NCBI RefSeq assembly: GCF_008000775.2
Contig: NZ_CP042905.2
Span: 300,001 to 332,000 of the forward strand
Direction: 5' to 3'
DNA from: Promethearchaeum syntrophicum
Lineage (GTDB): Archaea > Asgardarchaeota > Lokiarchaeia > Sigyniarchaeales > Promethearchaeaceae
Length of the DNA: 32,000 nucleotides
The number at the start of each line of letters is the position of its first letter. The stretch's first letter is position 1. Under the pieces are notes generated by a model that searched no databases, was not told where the DNA came from, and was given only the letters and a program-made list of their open reading frames with translations. Position numbers and translations under genes: made by a program. Shown here in pieces: positions 8,643 to 17,383 of this stretch.

Positions 8643-9503
8643 ATGCGTTTTTCAACATTTTATTTTACAGCGACGGGCAATACTTGGTGGGCAGCGCGTG
8701 AATTCACTAAAATTGCACGAGATATGGGCTATGATGCGGATTATTATTCAATTGAATCCGAAGATATGCAAAGTGATGAAAAAATTGCGCAAATCATAAT
8801 AGAATCAGATGCAATTGGGTTTGCTTATCCCATACATGGAAGCATGCATCCACTTTTCATGCAGAGGTTCATCGACCGCGTAATAGATATTCGTTCGAAG
8901 AATAAAACAAACGAAGATGAACAAAACTGGAAGATTGGCTATACTATTACAACAATGGCTCTTTTTAGTGGGGATGGTGCACTGGTTCCAAGAAAACAAT
9001 TGAAAAAAGCTACTATTCATTTGCATGGAGCGATTAATTTAGCATTAGCTTCAAATTTAGCTGTTCCCTATTTTCGATACAATCCTGTGGGAACTAAAAA
9101 AATTGAACGGCGAAAGAAATACAATCGGAAGAAATTGCGTAAATATATTATGAGATTATCATCTGGGAAAAAATATCTTGAAGGACGCAATCCAATATTA
9201 TTATTTTTAGGCTGGTTACAACGAGTGTTTATGATAACATTCGAGAGTAAGGTTTATAAATATTTAAGTGTCGATTTGGATTCCTGTACGCGTTGTATGC
9301 TTTGTGTGAATAATTGTCCGACCCATTCAATCCAATATCAAGAAGATAGATTTACATTTTTATCAACCTGCACTTCTTGTATGAGATGTTATAATTTCTG
9401 CTCAGCGAACAGCATTTTACTATTTAATAAATATGCCGATCCGAAAAAGTATAAAAGATATCATGGTCCAGGTGAAGGATTTAAAATTAATCTTCTAAAG
9501 TAA
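8643..9503 (+). CDS. EFR1-family flavodoxin-like / 2x[4Fe-4S] ferredoxin fusion protein
   Basis: The N-terminus FYFTATGNTWWAA is a flavodoxin-like 'YFSgTGNT' motif. The C-terminus carries CTRCMLCVNNCP and CTSCMRCYNFC, two CxxCxxCxxxC clusters. Confidence 0.8.
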   Translation: MRFSTFYFTATGNTWWAAREFTKIARDMGYDADYYSIESEDMQSDEKIAQIIIESDAIGFAYPIHGSMHPLFMQRFIDRVIDIRSKNKTNEDEQNWKIGYTITTMALFSGDGALVPRKQLKKATIHLHGAINLALASNLAVPYFRYNPVGTKKIERRKKYNRKKLRKYIMRLSSGKKYLEGRNPILLFLGWLQRVFMITFESKVYKYLSVDLDSCTRCMLCVNNCPTHSIQYQEDRFTFLSTCTSCMRCYNFCSANSILLFNKYADPKKYKRYHGPGEGFKINLLK

Positions 9504-9652
9504 TTAGAAATGGCTTCATTATGAGTGAAATTTCAGAAGGACCATAAAAATATTTATAGGTCTCTTTTTCAAGAGCACGTAAAATAAGTCAAGGATGGTT
9601 AATGAGCCGTAAAGTAAATATCACCTTGCATGGATGATATTATAAACTCGGG

Positions 9653-10234
9653 ATGAGTAATATGATTATGAATAAGCTCAAAAAAGATATGTCACCAGAA
9701 GAAGGTGAAAAACTACTCAGAGTTTTGAAAGCTCGTTTTGAGAAAAACTTGAACCGCCATAAAGGTCTTGAATGGGCGAAAGTACAAGGAAAGCTGGAAT
9801 CTAATCTTGAAAAACTGTGGTCACTCAATGAAATGGAAAGAACTGGCGGTGAACCGGATGTTATCGGGCATGATAAAAACACAGGTGAATATATTTTTTA
9901 TGATTGTTCACCGGAAAGTCCTAAAGGCCGCAGGAGTGTTTGTTACGACCGTGAAGGATTGGAGGCAAGGACATCACATAAACCAGAAAATAACGCTATT
10001 GACATGGCAGCTGCCATGGGTATTGAGATTTTAACGGAAGACCAATATCGAAAATTGCAGAAACTTGGAAATTTCGATACGAAAACTTCGAGCTGGGTGA
10101 AAACGCCTTCTGATATAAGAAAACTCGGCGGAGCACTTTTTGCTGATCGCCGTTACGGCAATATTTTTGTGTATCACAACAGTGCTCCCTCTTATTATGG
10201 CGTAAGGGGGTTTCGTGGCTCACTAAGAGTCTAA
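9653..10234 (+). CDS. DUF4256 domain-containing protein
   Basis: LKARFEKNLNRHKGLEWAKVQ, WSLNEMERTGGEPDV, FYDCSPESPKGRRSVCYDREGLEAR, DMAAAMGIE, TKTSSWVKTP and RGFRGSLRV match my recollection of this highly conserved, mostly bacterial family. The start could be one of the ATGs 9-15 nt further in. Confidence 0.7.
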   Translation: MSNMIMNKLKKDMSPEEGEKLLRVLKARFEKNLNRHKGLEWAKVQGKLESNLEKLWSLNEMERTGGEPDVIGHDKNTGEYIFYDCSPESPKGRRSVCYDREGLEARTSHKPENNAIDMAAAMGIEILTEDQYRKLQKLGNFDTKTSSWVKTPSDIRKLGGALFADRRYGNIFVYHNSAPSYYGVRGFRGSLRV

Positions 10235-10561
10235 ATTTAACATTTAATTGTTAATTTCTGTGATTTTAATCTCAATGATGCACAGAAAACTAAAGGTGCT
10301 AGAACTTTGATTGTGCAACATGGAGTAAATAAATATGCATACATTAAAGCTGGGATTAAATCCGTCTGAGGATCCGGTTTCAAAATTTCCTGGATTTCGG
10401 CTTGTAAATATATCAAATTTCATCTCAGTTGGTGTATTTTTGTTGAAAAGAAATTGGTTATAGAATAAAAAAAAGCACTAAGCGCGAGTATTTTTATATT
10501 ATATTCTGGTTTCCTTAATTTTTTGGGATAACCCATTTCATCTATGTGATTAGACTGTTCA

Positions 10562-11983
10562 TTATGGTTCATATTTGAAACCTAATTTTTCTAAATGGTC
10601 TTTTTCTTTTTGCTGATGAATAACTGTCAGTTTATTTTTGTCGGTTTTCCACTTGTCCCCAGCCAAAGGATATCGGAACATAACTATAAAGCAAATAGTG
10701 AGTAATATTGCTGGTATTAGCATCCAAGCAAGAATAATTCCTGTCTCCGCGCGGTTATCTTGAAGTCCTCCCTGTAGTGTCTGGTTATAACCAAATGCCT
10801 CAATGATCCAAATAAATGCCGCATTGGCAAGACTAATTGCGGGTTTCGTGACTAAGCTATTCACCCCGGCATAAATTCCCTCTCGTCGTAATCCCGTTTG
10901 GAGTTCGTCATAATCCATTACATCGCCAAATTGCATGGTAAGCATATAAAATCCTGCCGCAACACCCACTCCACAGCCGACAAATGATATCATCGCAAAA
11001 ACTTGGGTCCTCCCACCAAATACCATGGAGAAACATCCTATCGCAAATGCTATTAGTGCAATCTGCATACATTTTTTAACCCCCCATGCTTCATGTTTAA
11101 GAATAAAAATAATCAAAGTCACAATGGTACTCAAAGCCAATCCCACAAGTAGAATCATCATGTTTATTGTTTCAATTTCGTCGGGATAATAATTTAAACC
11201 TTGGAAAAGAGAGGTTTGGACGTATATTACGGTAAAACTGATGATAAGGAAAATTATGAAGGGTTTATTTCTAAATGTAGCCTTAATTCCTTTGAAAAAG
11301 GGCATTTGCTCCTCTTCCTGCAGATATTGATTTTCTTTATAGAAGAATGTACTTACGAATGTGACAATCCCAACAATCACACCCAATATCACATGAAAAA
11401 TTTGATAACTGGTCAGGTCATCTCCAACGTCTGGTTTAACCATCGGGATAACTACCGCTGGAAATGCTATTGATAGAACACTGAAGGCGATTTTCCATAC
11501 AAATATCGGACTTCTAGCTTTATTAGATACCGCCATCTCGAAGGGCATAACGTAAAGCGCTGAAGCTACGGCAGTATAAAGTGTATCATAGAAGAACAAA
11601 CACACTAAAAGCTGAATGAAAAGACCCGGTTGAGTATCCGTGTCGGGAATTATTAGCCAGCATAGAATATAGCTTATGGCTAGGAGAGGTGCTCCAAACC
11701 GAATGTAGGGTTTTCTACGCCCCAACTTGTTCTTAGTCTTATCCGAAATATATCCATAAAGGGGATCATTAACTGCATTCCAGATCCCAAATAGTAACCA
11801 CACTATCCCAGAGAGGGTACCATCCAATCCCCTGATTTTAGTAAAGTAATAAGTGAGTGCTCCACCGCCCACAACGCTTTGGAGAACTGCCACCAGCCCA
11901 TCTGCAGCCGATACAGCTATTTGGCTTTTTGTTGGAACCTTTTCGAGGGCTAATTCCGATTCCGATGAAGTTTGAGTTTCCAT
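10562..11983 (-). CDS. MFS transporter, glycoside-pentoside-hexuronide (GPH) cation symporter family
   Basis: About 12 hydrophobic segments. DPLYGYISDKTKNKLGRRKPYIRFGAPL is the GPH loop 2-3 signature (D..G..sD.t....GrrrP). I prefer the ATG at 11983 (METQTSS) over the TTG at 11995 used by the ORF track. Confidence 0.85.
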   Translation of the reverse strand: METQTSSESELALEKVPTKSQIAVSAADGLVAVLQSVVGGGALTYYFTKIRGLDGTLSGIVWLLFGIWNAVNDPLYGYISDKTKNKLGRRKPYIRFGAPLLAISYILCWLIIPDTDTQPGLFIQLLVCLFFYDTLYTAVASALYVMPFEMAVSNKARSPIFVWKIAFSVLSIAFPAVVIPMVKPDVGDDLTSYQIFHVILGVIVGIVTFVSTFFYKENQYLQEEEQMPFFKGIKATFRNKPFIIFLIISFTVIYVQTSLFQGLNYYPDEIETINMMILLVGLALSTIVTLIIFILKHEAWGVKKCMQIALIAFAIGCFSMVFGGRTQVFAMISFVGCGVGVAAGFYMLTMQFGDVMDYDELQTGLRREGIYAGVNSLVTKPAISLANAAFIWIIEAFGYNQTLQGGLQDNRAETGIILAWMLIPAILLTICFIVMFRYPLAGDKWKTDKNKLTVIHQQKEKDHLEKLGFKYEP

Positions 11984-12127
11984 AATAACAACCAATAATT
12001 ATGTTTTACATATTTTTATGCAAAAATATATAATATCAGAGATTGTTTTACAAACATATAAATATTTTTCCATGGTTCATATTATTGTTTCACAAAAATA
12101 TTAATTTACATAGGATAGAGTAGATCA

Positions 12128-12742
12128 ATGCTGCAAAAGAAAAATAAAGAGAAAGTATTAGGTATTCGGTTGGAGGAAAACGACTATCAACAATTTTCCA
12201 CATTTTGTGAAAAAAATAGCATAAAAATGAGTCAAATAGGTAGAAAAGCGATTTTAACCTATGTGTATCTTAATTTTAATCCCCTTGTTAATCCAAAATT
12301 GATTTTTGCAAAAAACCAGTTTAAATACATAATTCAGTGTTTGAATGAAGAGCAAATAGCTAATTTAGCGGAAATTTCTATCGCAAATGGAATAGGTGAT
12401 ATGAAGAAATTGGAAACTTATCATCCAAAAATAATACTCGAAAATCAATCAAAGACAGAAATTAACTATCAAATGGAAACTCTTACGAAATATGTATTTT
12501 CTGATGAAGGGGAGAACTGGTTCGAACAAATTAATTATACATTTCAAGATGACGATCTGATTATTAATGGAACTCACTCTTTAGGTACCAATTTTTCTAC
12601 ATATATCCGTGAATTGCTTCAAAGATATACGATAATTCATGGTTATTTACTTGTTGAGGAAGTATCTACCTCCAAATATCTCAATGATCAAAGAACATTT
12701 CATATCTTAATGAAATTTTCCCCGAAGTCTAAAAAAACCTAG
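12128..12742 (+). CDS. hypothetical protein with a probable N-terminal ribbon-helix-helix (CopG/Arc-like) domain
   Basis: KVLGIRLEENDYQQFSTFCEKNSIKMSQIGRKAILTYV has the strand-helix-helix pattern of RHH DNA binders. The remaining ~150 aa are unassigned. Confidence 0.5.
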   Translation: MLQKKNKEKVLGIRLEENDYQQFSTFCEKNSIKMSQIGRKAILTYVYLNFNPLVNPKLIFAKNQFKYIIQCLNEEQIANLAEISIANGIGDMKKLETYHPKIILENQSKTEINYQMETLTKYVFSDEGENWFEQINYTFQDDDLIINGTHSLGTNFSTYIRELLQRYTIIHGYLLVEEVSTSKYLNDQRTFHILMKFSPKSKKT

Positions 12743-12811
12743 TTATTTACAATAATTATTACATTTTTTTTTCAAGTTTTTAAAACCGAATATATTCAAA
12801 AGTGATAAGAA

Positions 12812-13864
12812 ATGGAAAATACTCATATAGAATCTACTTTGCATGATTTCTACCCTCAAAGAATTTGGACTACATTAATTCACCGAATTAAAATTATATG
12901 GCTTTTAATTGACATATCTTTTCTGGTTACTTTGGTATTTCAAAATCAGTTAAGTGGATGGATATTGTTTATCACATGGATGCTTTTTATCGGACTAAAT
13001 CTTGTTTCATTTTTTCTTATTTTTCGATTAAATCTCGGGATGATTGCAACAAATTGGGATAATATAGAGTATACAGGCTTAATAAAAAGGGATTTTAGGT
13101 TTATAACAAGCAATGGGGTACGGAATTATGCTTACATCTATTATCCCGAAAATTTTGACTTGGAAAGTGATCTATCCCCTCGAAAAACGATAATAGGTTT
13201 GCATGGATGGGGGAGCCATCACCGAGAAATGGACAGATATTGCCTTCCAATCATTAAGAAAGAAAATTATCTCTACTTTACTTTTGATGCGAGGGGACAA
13301 GGCCAAACTCCTGGGAATAAAAGTGATTTTGGCCAAATTGAAGATGCACGTGAATTTTTAGAACTTGTATTAAAACAACCCTATGTTGATAAAAAAAATG
13401 TGGTTGTAGTTGGGATGAGCTTAGGAGCGGCAAAAACAGCTGTTGTGGCATACCCACATCCCAATATTAAAGCTGTAGTTATGCTTTCGGGACCTTTTGA
13501 TTTGTTACTCACTAAAAAAATCATGACTCTAAAGGAACGTATTATTTTTGCCCTTTTTGGATACAATTTTTCTGTTCCAGATGAAGACCTTCGAAAATAT
13601 AGTGGAATTAATTATTTTAAACCCGAGGGAATCATACTACAAGGTGATACTCAACCAACACCCAATCATGATAGAGTCTTACTACTTGCAAACAGAGATG
13701 ATCCTACAGTAAAAGTCGTAAATACAGAAAAAGCTATTGAAAAATTACAGTTAAAACATGAAAATTATCGAATATTTAAAAGGGGGCACCATTGTTTTGA
13801 AGGTAATGAGTATTTTGTAGCCCTTGAAATGGCAGATTTCATACGTAAAATGATGCAGAATTAA
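12812..13864 (+). CDS. membrane-anchored alpha/beta-fold serine hydrolase
   Basis: Two N-terminal hydrophobic helices. LHGWGSH is an oxyanion HG motif, VVVGMSLGA is the GxSxG nucleophile elbow, and the late RDD and GHHCF supply the acid and His. Confidence 0.85.
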   Translation: MENTHIESTLHDFYPQRIWTTLIHRIKIIWLLIDISFLVTLVFQNQLSGWILFITWMLFIGLNLVSFFLIFRLNLGMIATNWDNIEYTGLIKRDFRFITSNGVRNYAYIYYPENFDLESDLSPRKTIIGLHGWGSHHREMDRYCLPIIKKENYLYFTFDARGQGQTPGNKSDFGQIEDAREFLELVLKQPYVDKKNVVVVGMSLGAAKTAVVAYPHPNIKAVVMLSGPFDLLLTKKIMTLKERIIFALFGYNFSVPDEDLRKYSGINYFKPEGIILQGDTQPTPNHDRVLLLANRDDPTVKVVNTEKAIEKLQLKHENYRIFKRGHHCFEGNEYFVALEMADFIRKMMQN

Positions 13865-13865
13865 T

Positions 13866-13892
13866 TCTCAATTTCAATTTTGAGATTTTTTT
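13866..13892 (+). terminator. 6-bp hairpin (tctcaa / ttgaga, 8-nt loop) followed by T7
   Basis: The inverted repeat and T tract are seen directly, starting 2 nt after the hydrolase stop. The stem is short and AT-rich, so stability is modest. Confidence 0.35.
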
Positions 13893-13968
13893 AGGAATCT
13901 CATCTCTAAGTTTAACCTTTATTTTTCTCTATCATTAGATCTATCGATTTTTTTAATGGTTCTTTTTA

Positions 13969-14892
13969 TTATTTGTGATTTTCTAAATCGGATAAAATCT
14001 CTTTTTCACATTCTGGGCATAAACCGTGAGAAAATCTTATATTAGCATGAGTAGCTAGATATTCTTCAACTTGGTTCCAAAATCCGGCATCATCTCGAAT
14101 TTTCTTACATTAAGCGCAAATAAGTAATATATTTTGTAATTTCTGTACTTCTCCTTCAGTTTTTTGTAATTTTTCGATGAGTTGGTTTTTAGAGAGAAAC
14201 ATTGAGCGAACCGATAGAGGTGTTTCGATATATTTTGTGATATTTGAGTAAAAAATTATGAAATAAACACCCAGTAAAACAAAAAAACCTGATCCACAGA
14301 TAATTTTTACTAAAATTCCTGATAGGATTGGAATTTCTAAGTTGGGGTAGAAAATTCTCATTCCTAAGGGAAACAAAACTCCATCAAGAATTATCATGAG
14401 ATAATAACTCCCAATACTAGCTATAATTATTATTAGTCGCTTTTTAAAGGCTTTTTTTACAAGTTCTAAAAGAATTAATAACCCAAATAATTCAATTATA
14501 AAAGAAATAATTGAAACAATGTTCGATCCTAACGATTAGTTAAAAAATTCATCTGATATATTAAAAAGATTGACTATTTGTTCCATTTTTAAAAAAATCG
14601 ATACTATATGATAAATTATTGAAATAAAAAGACTCATAATAATAAGCATATAAAGTAAAATTCGAATTTTTTTTGGATCGGGAATGGAAATAATTGCAAT
14701 CATATACGTTGCTAAAAATGCAGAATAAGCTAAATTTCCTCTTGTTACTAGAAGATTTGGAGATAGATTTATGCTGTAAGTTCTCCCAAATAGCTGATTT
14801 AGGATAAAAGGAACTCCTAAATACATATAATTAAATAATAATCGATTTTTTGGAGAAAATAATAATAATAAGAACATTGGAGACCCGTACAA
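13969..14892 (-). pseudogene. multi-pass membrane / coiled-coil protein with a C-terminal Cys4 'CKKIRDD...HGLCPEC' module, interrupted by two in-frame TAA codons (14536..14538 and 14110..14112)
   Basis: Hand translation shows track ORFs 14536..14892 and 14110..14397, the unlisted stretch 14398..14535, and 13972..14109 all in one frame: ...DEFFN*SLGSNIVSIISF...LQNILLICA*CKKIRDDAGFWNQVEEYLATHANIRFSHGLCPECEKEILSDLENHK*. The 5' end is uncertain. The frame is open to 14967, the track start is TTG, and the first ATG is a few codons in. Confidence 0.7.
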
Positions 14893-15021
14893 AATAAAAT
14901 GAATAAGAATAATCCAGATTGAATTTATTTTTTTCCTTCCAAATATTCTATTTAAAAATCTCTGTTCTCACTAATATAACTTCGTAAAAATGAAATAATT
15001 AAATTTAATCATATTAAAAAA

Positions 15022-15867
15022 TTACCAAAGACCCTCATCGAGTTTACTTAATAAGCGGTTTTTAATTCTCTTCACATTACCATTTCTATATCGGTGTTCT
15101 AAAATTTGTTTGAGTAAATTGAGTCTTTGATTATCTACATTATGCATAAAATTTGATGCAATTTTATTTTTAAGATCATCTTCAAGAATGTCTTCTTTAT
15201 CAATGATTGCTTTAACAAATTCTGCTTCTTTAAAAAGAAGAGTAACGCCATCTTGAATTATATACGTCTGAGTAGAATCATCAATAATTTCTAATGATTT
15301 ATTAACGATATTAGTTTCAAAGTCTAATGGTATATCTTTCCATGGTGTATTAATCACGATTCCTGTTGGATTGATGACTAGGGCATTTTCTATCTTAGCT
15401 TTTTGGTAATCCTTCTCTAAAATATTTGAAACTAACAGTATTTTTTTATTGGGTGAGTCAGGTAAGATTTTATTAAGAAAATAAGTAAAATCTGAAGCAC
15501 GACTTCCTTCATATTTTGTTCTAAGAATGATTATTGGAAAATCTAATAATAGGGAATGGATAACACAACTTACTGCATAATCTCCGTAAGTTTTTAACAT
15601 GTCTCTTAAATATATTTTATCTTTGCTCCTGGATTCTTCCACTGCAGATAAATCAATATTCATGTCTATAACTTCATATCCCATAATTTCACTCTTTTTA
15701 TTCAAAAAGAGGATAAATTGATGTTCACAGCAAATCCCTTTATAAATCTGAATTTTTATATTTCCTACCTTTTTATTGTCAAAGATATAATTAGGGACTT
15801 TTATCACCTTTTCAGCTTGACAAATGGGACACTGGACTTTTATATCTTTTTCTTCATTTTCTGACAT
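15022..15867 (-). CDS. hypothetical protein with an N-terminal Cys-rich (CPIC...CCEH) zinc-binding-like element
   Basis: 281-aa ORF. VQCPICQAEKV...KGICCEHQF suggests a small zinc knuckle. The remainder looks like a mixed alpha/beta globular domain. No family recognised. Confidence 0.6.
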   Translation of the reverse strand: MSENEEKDIKVQCPICQAEKVIKVPNYIFDNKKVGNIKIQIYKGICCEHQFILFLNKKSEIMGYEVIDMNIDLSAVEESRSKDKIYLRDMLKTYGDYAVSCVIHSLLLDFPIIILRTKYEGSRASDFTYFLNKILPDSPNKKILLVSNILEKDYQKAKIENALVINPTGIVINTPWKDIPLDFETNIVNKSLEIIDDSTQTYIIQDGVTLLFKEAEFVKAIIDKEDILEDDLKNKIASNFMHNVDNQRLNLLKQILEHRYRNGNVKRIKNRLLSKLDEGLW

Positions 15868-15946
15868 GCGTTAAATACATATTTGCATATGACTAAAAAA
15901 ATGTTTAGCCTCAAAAAAGTAAAATTAAAAAAATTTGAAAAAAAAA

Positions 15947-16660
15947 CTAATCTTCTTTATTATAAACTGGAGTAAAACCTGAAAAGATTAGTAAATATCC
16001 AATTAACATAGTTAATCTTGCAAGTGCAATTAAACTAGGGGCAAGAAATGTATCTAAAATTCCTGCAATTGCAAAAAGAACCCATCCCAAGGCTAAAAAT
16101 AAACTTTTTTTACGTTTAGTTTTGTCTTCAATTTTCCGAGCTATTGATAGAAAGCCTCCTCCTAGCAAAAACATTGCACTAAGAATTGCGATTGCGACCA
16201 TCGGTAATCCTATTGGTAATACATAAGATATGTCCATCAAATCTCCTACTCCAATTGAATCTGAAGCTTCAAAAACATAATCTCTTAAGAACAGAAAACT
16301 TACCCACCAGATTATGGCAAAAATGCTAAAGAAAATCATGACTCCTTTTTTCCAAGACGGTTTAAAGATATCAAATCCTAAGTACATGGCTAAAATTAAG
16401 GTCAGAGGTAGCGTAAAATACGAAAGAAATCCATAGAGAATATAAGAAATATTTTCACCCGTAAAAAGCAAATAGAAGAAAGCTGTTGATGGACCTAAAT
16501 AAAATATTGCCAATCCAATCCCTAAACCTGCAATTAAGGGCAATAAAGATTTCTTAAGGCTATTGTAGTGTATAATAAACCGGATTCCGAAATAAAATCC
16601 AGTAAGCAGAACGCAAAAAGCGCTGATTCCATTTAAATATGTTTCTATAGGTAGTGCCAT
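15947..16660 (-). CDS. hypothetical 7-TM integral membrane protein
   Basis: 237-aa ORF with about seven evenly spaced hydrophobic helices and a KTKRKK cytoplasmic loop. Confidence 0.65.
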   Translation of the reverse strand: MALPIETYLNGISAFCVLLTGFYFGIRFIIHYNSLKKSLLPLIAGLGIGLAIFYLGPSTAFFYLLFTGENISYILYGFLSYFTLPLTLILAMYLGFDIFKPSWKKGVMIFFSIFAIIWWVSFLFLRDYVFEASDSIGVGDLMDISYVLPIGLPMVAIAILSAMFLLGGGFLSIARKIEDKTKRKKSLFLALGWVLFAIAGILDTFLAPSLIALARLTMLIGYLLIFSGFTPVYNKED

Positions 16661-16734
16661 TTTTCATCACCAAAATAAAAATGTAACTATAATTTTCTTT
16701 TTGATATTTAAAGAGTTTTTGGTGAACTTTCTAA

Positions 16735-17307
16735 TTAATTTTCTGTGTATTCGTCTCCATTTGTAATGTATCTTTTTCCACATTCTTCACAGGATACAAA
16801 AAAAGTATCTCCTATCTTCGAAAATGAAATTTCAGAAAATTTTTTTCCACAATTTGGGCAGTCAATCAAATGTAGGGTATTTTCAGTCATGAAATCTTCA
16901 TCATTGGATTGGATATTCATGTGAATATTTGTAATAATATTTCCATTTTCTTCGGAGGTAGTATTTTCTTCTACTTCCTCAACATCTGAATCAATTTTGT
17001 TATAATATTCATTTTCTTCATCATTTTTTTGCTTTATTGAATCAATTTCTTGGGGAGCTTTAGATTTTTTCTTATTAATTTTAATTTTTTTCGTGATTTT
17101 TGATGGTTTTCTGAAAATTCTTAAAATTGCATCCAAAATCACTTTTAAAAGGAGAATAAATATTTCTAATAGCTTAAATGTAACATAGATGAAAACCATG
17201 CATAGAGGAATTGCTATTATTGCGATTAAAACTTTAAATTCAACATTTAATAAGCTAAACCACTCAACCAAATCTACCATTGAATTGGGAAATTGTAGCA
17301 TAACCAT
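16735..17307 (-). CDS. hypothetical membrane-anchored protein with a C-terminal zinc ribbon
   Basis: Two N-terminal hydrophobic helices, then a basic segment, an acidic/Asn-rich linker, and CPNCGKKF...CEECGKRY (CxxC-x17-CxxC). Confidence 0.6.
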   Translation of the reverse strand: MVMLQFPNSMVDLVEWFSLLNVEFKVLIAIIAIPLCMVFIYVTFKLLEIFILLLKVILDAILRIFRKPSKITKKIKINKKKSKAPQEIDSIKQKNDEENEYYNKIDSDVEEVEENTTSEENGNIITNIHMNIQSNDEDFMTENTLHLIDCPNCGKKFSEISFSKIGDTFFVSCEECGKRYITNGDEYTEN

Positions 17308-17383
17308 TTTATCATCAATAAAATTAGAATGTTTTATATCAATAAATTGATTTCTTAGACCACTAATTAGCGGAGAGTAAAAA

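Noticed and set aside
10244-10423. 59-codon minus-strand ORF (MKFDIFTSRNPGNFETGSSDGFNPSFNV...) in the 330-bp gap between the DUF4256 gene and the transporter.
   Set aside because: It is short, has no SD motif and no recognisable domain. Neighbouring frames are full of stops. It could be a decayed gene remnant inside the GC-rich island, but I cannot support a feature call.
5807-14892. Global reassignment of TAA to a sense codon as the explanation for the three internal TAAs.
   Set aside because: TAA terminates the majority of well-defined genes here, including 1715..2683, 3129..3917, 6875..7522, 8643..9503, 9653..10234, 12812..13864, 20902..24369 and 28010..29128. It is often followed by oligo-T tracts or non-coding sequence. 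Protein lengths match family expectations when TAA is read as stop.
15947-16660. 7-TM protein considered as a microbial rhodopsin or heliorhodopsin.
   Set aside because: There is no lysine in the last transmembrane helix (LIALARLTMLIGYLLIFSGF) to form a retinal Schiff base, and none of the rhodopsin helix-3 motifs are present.
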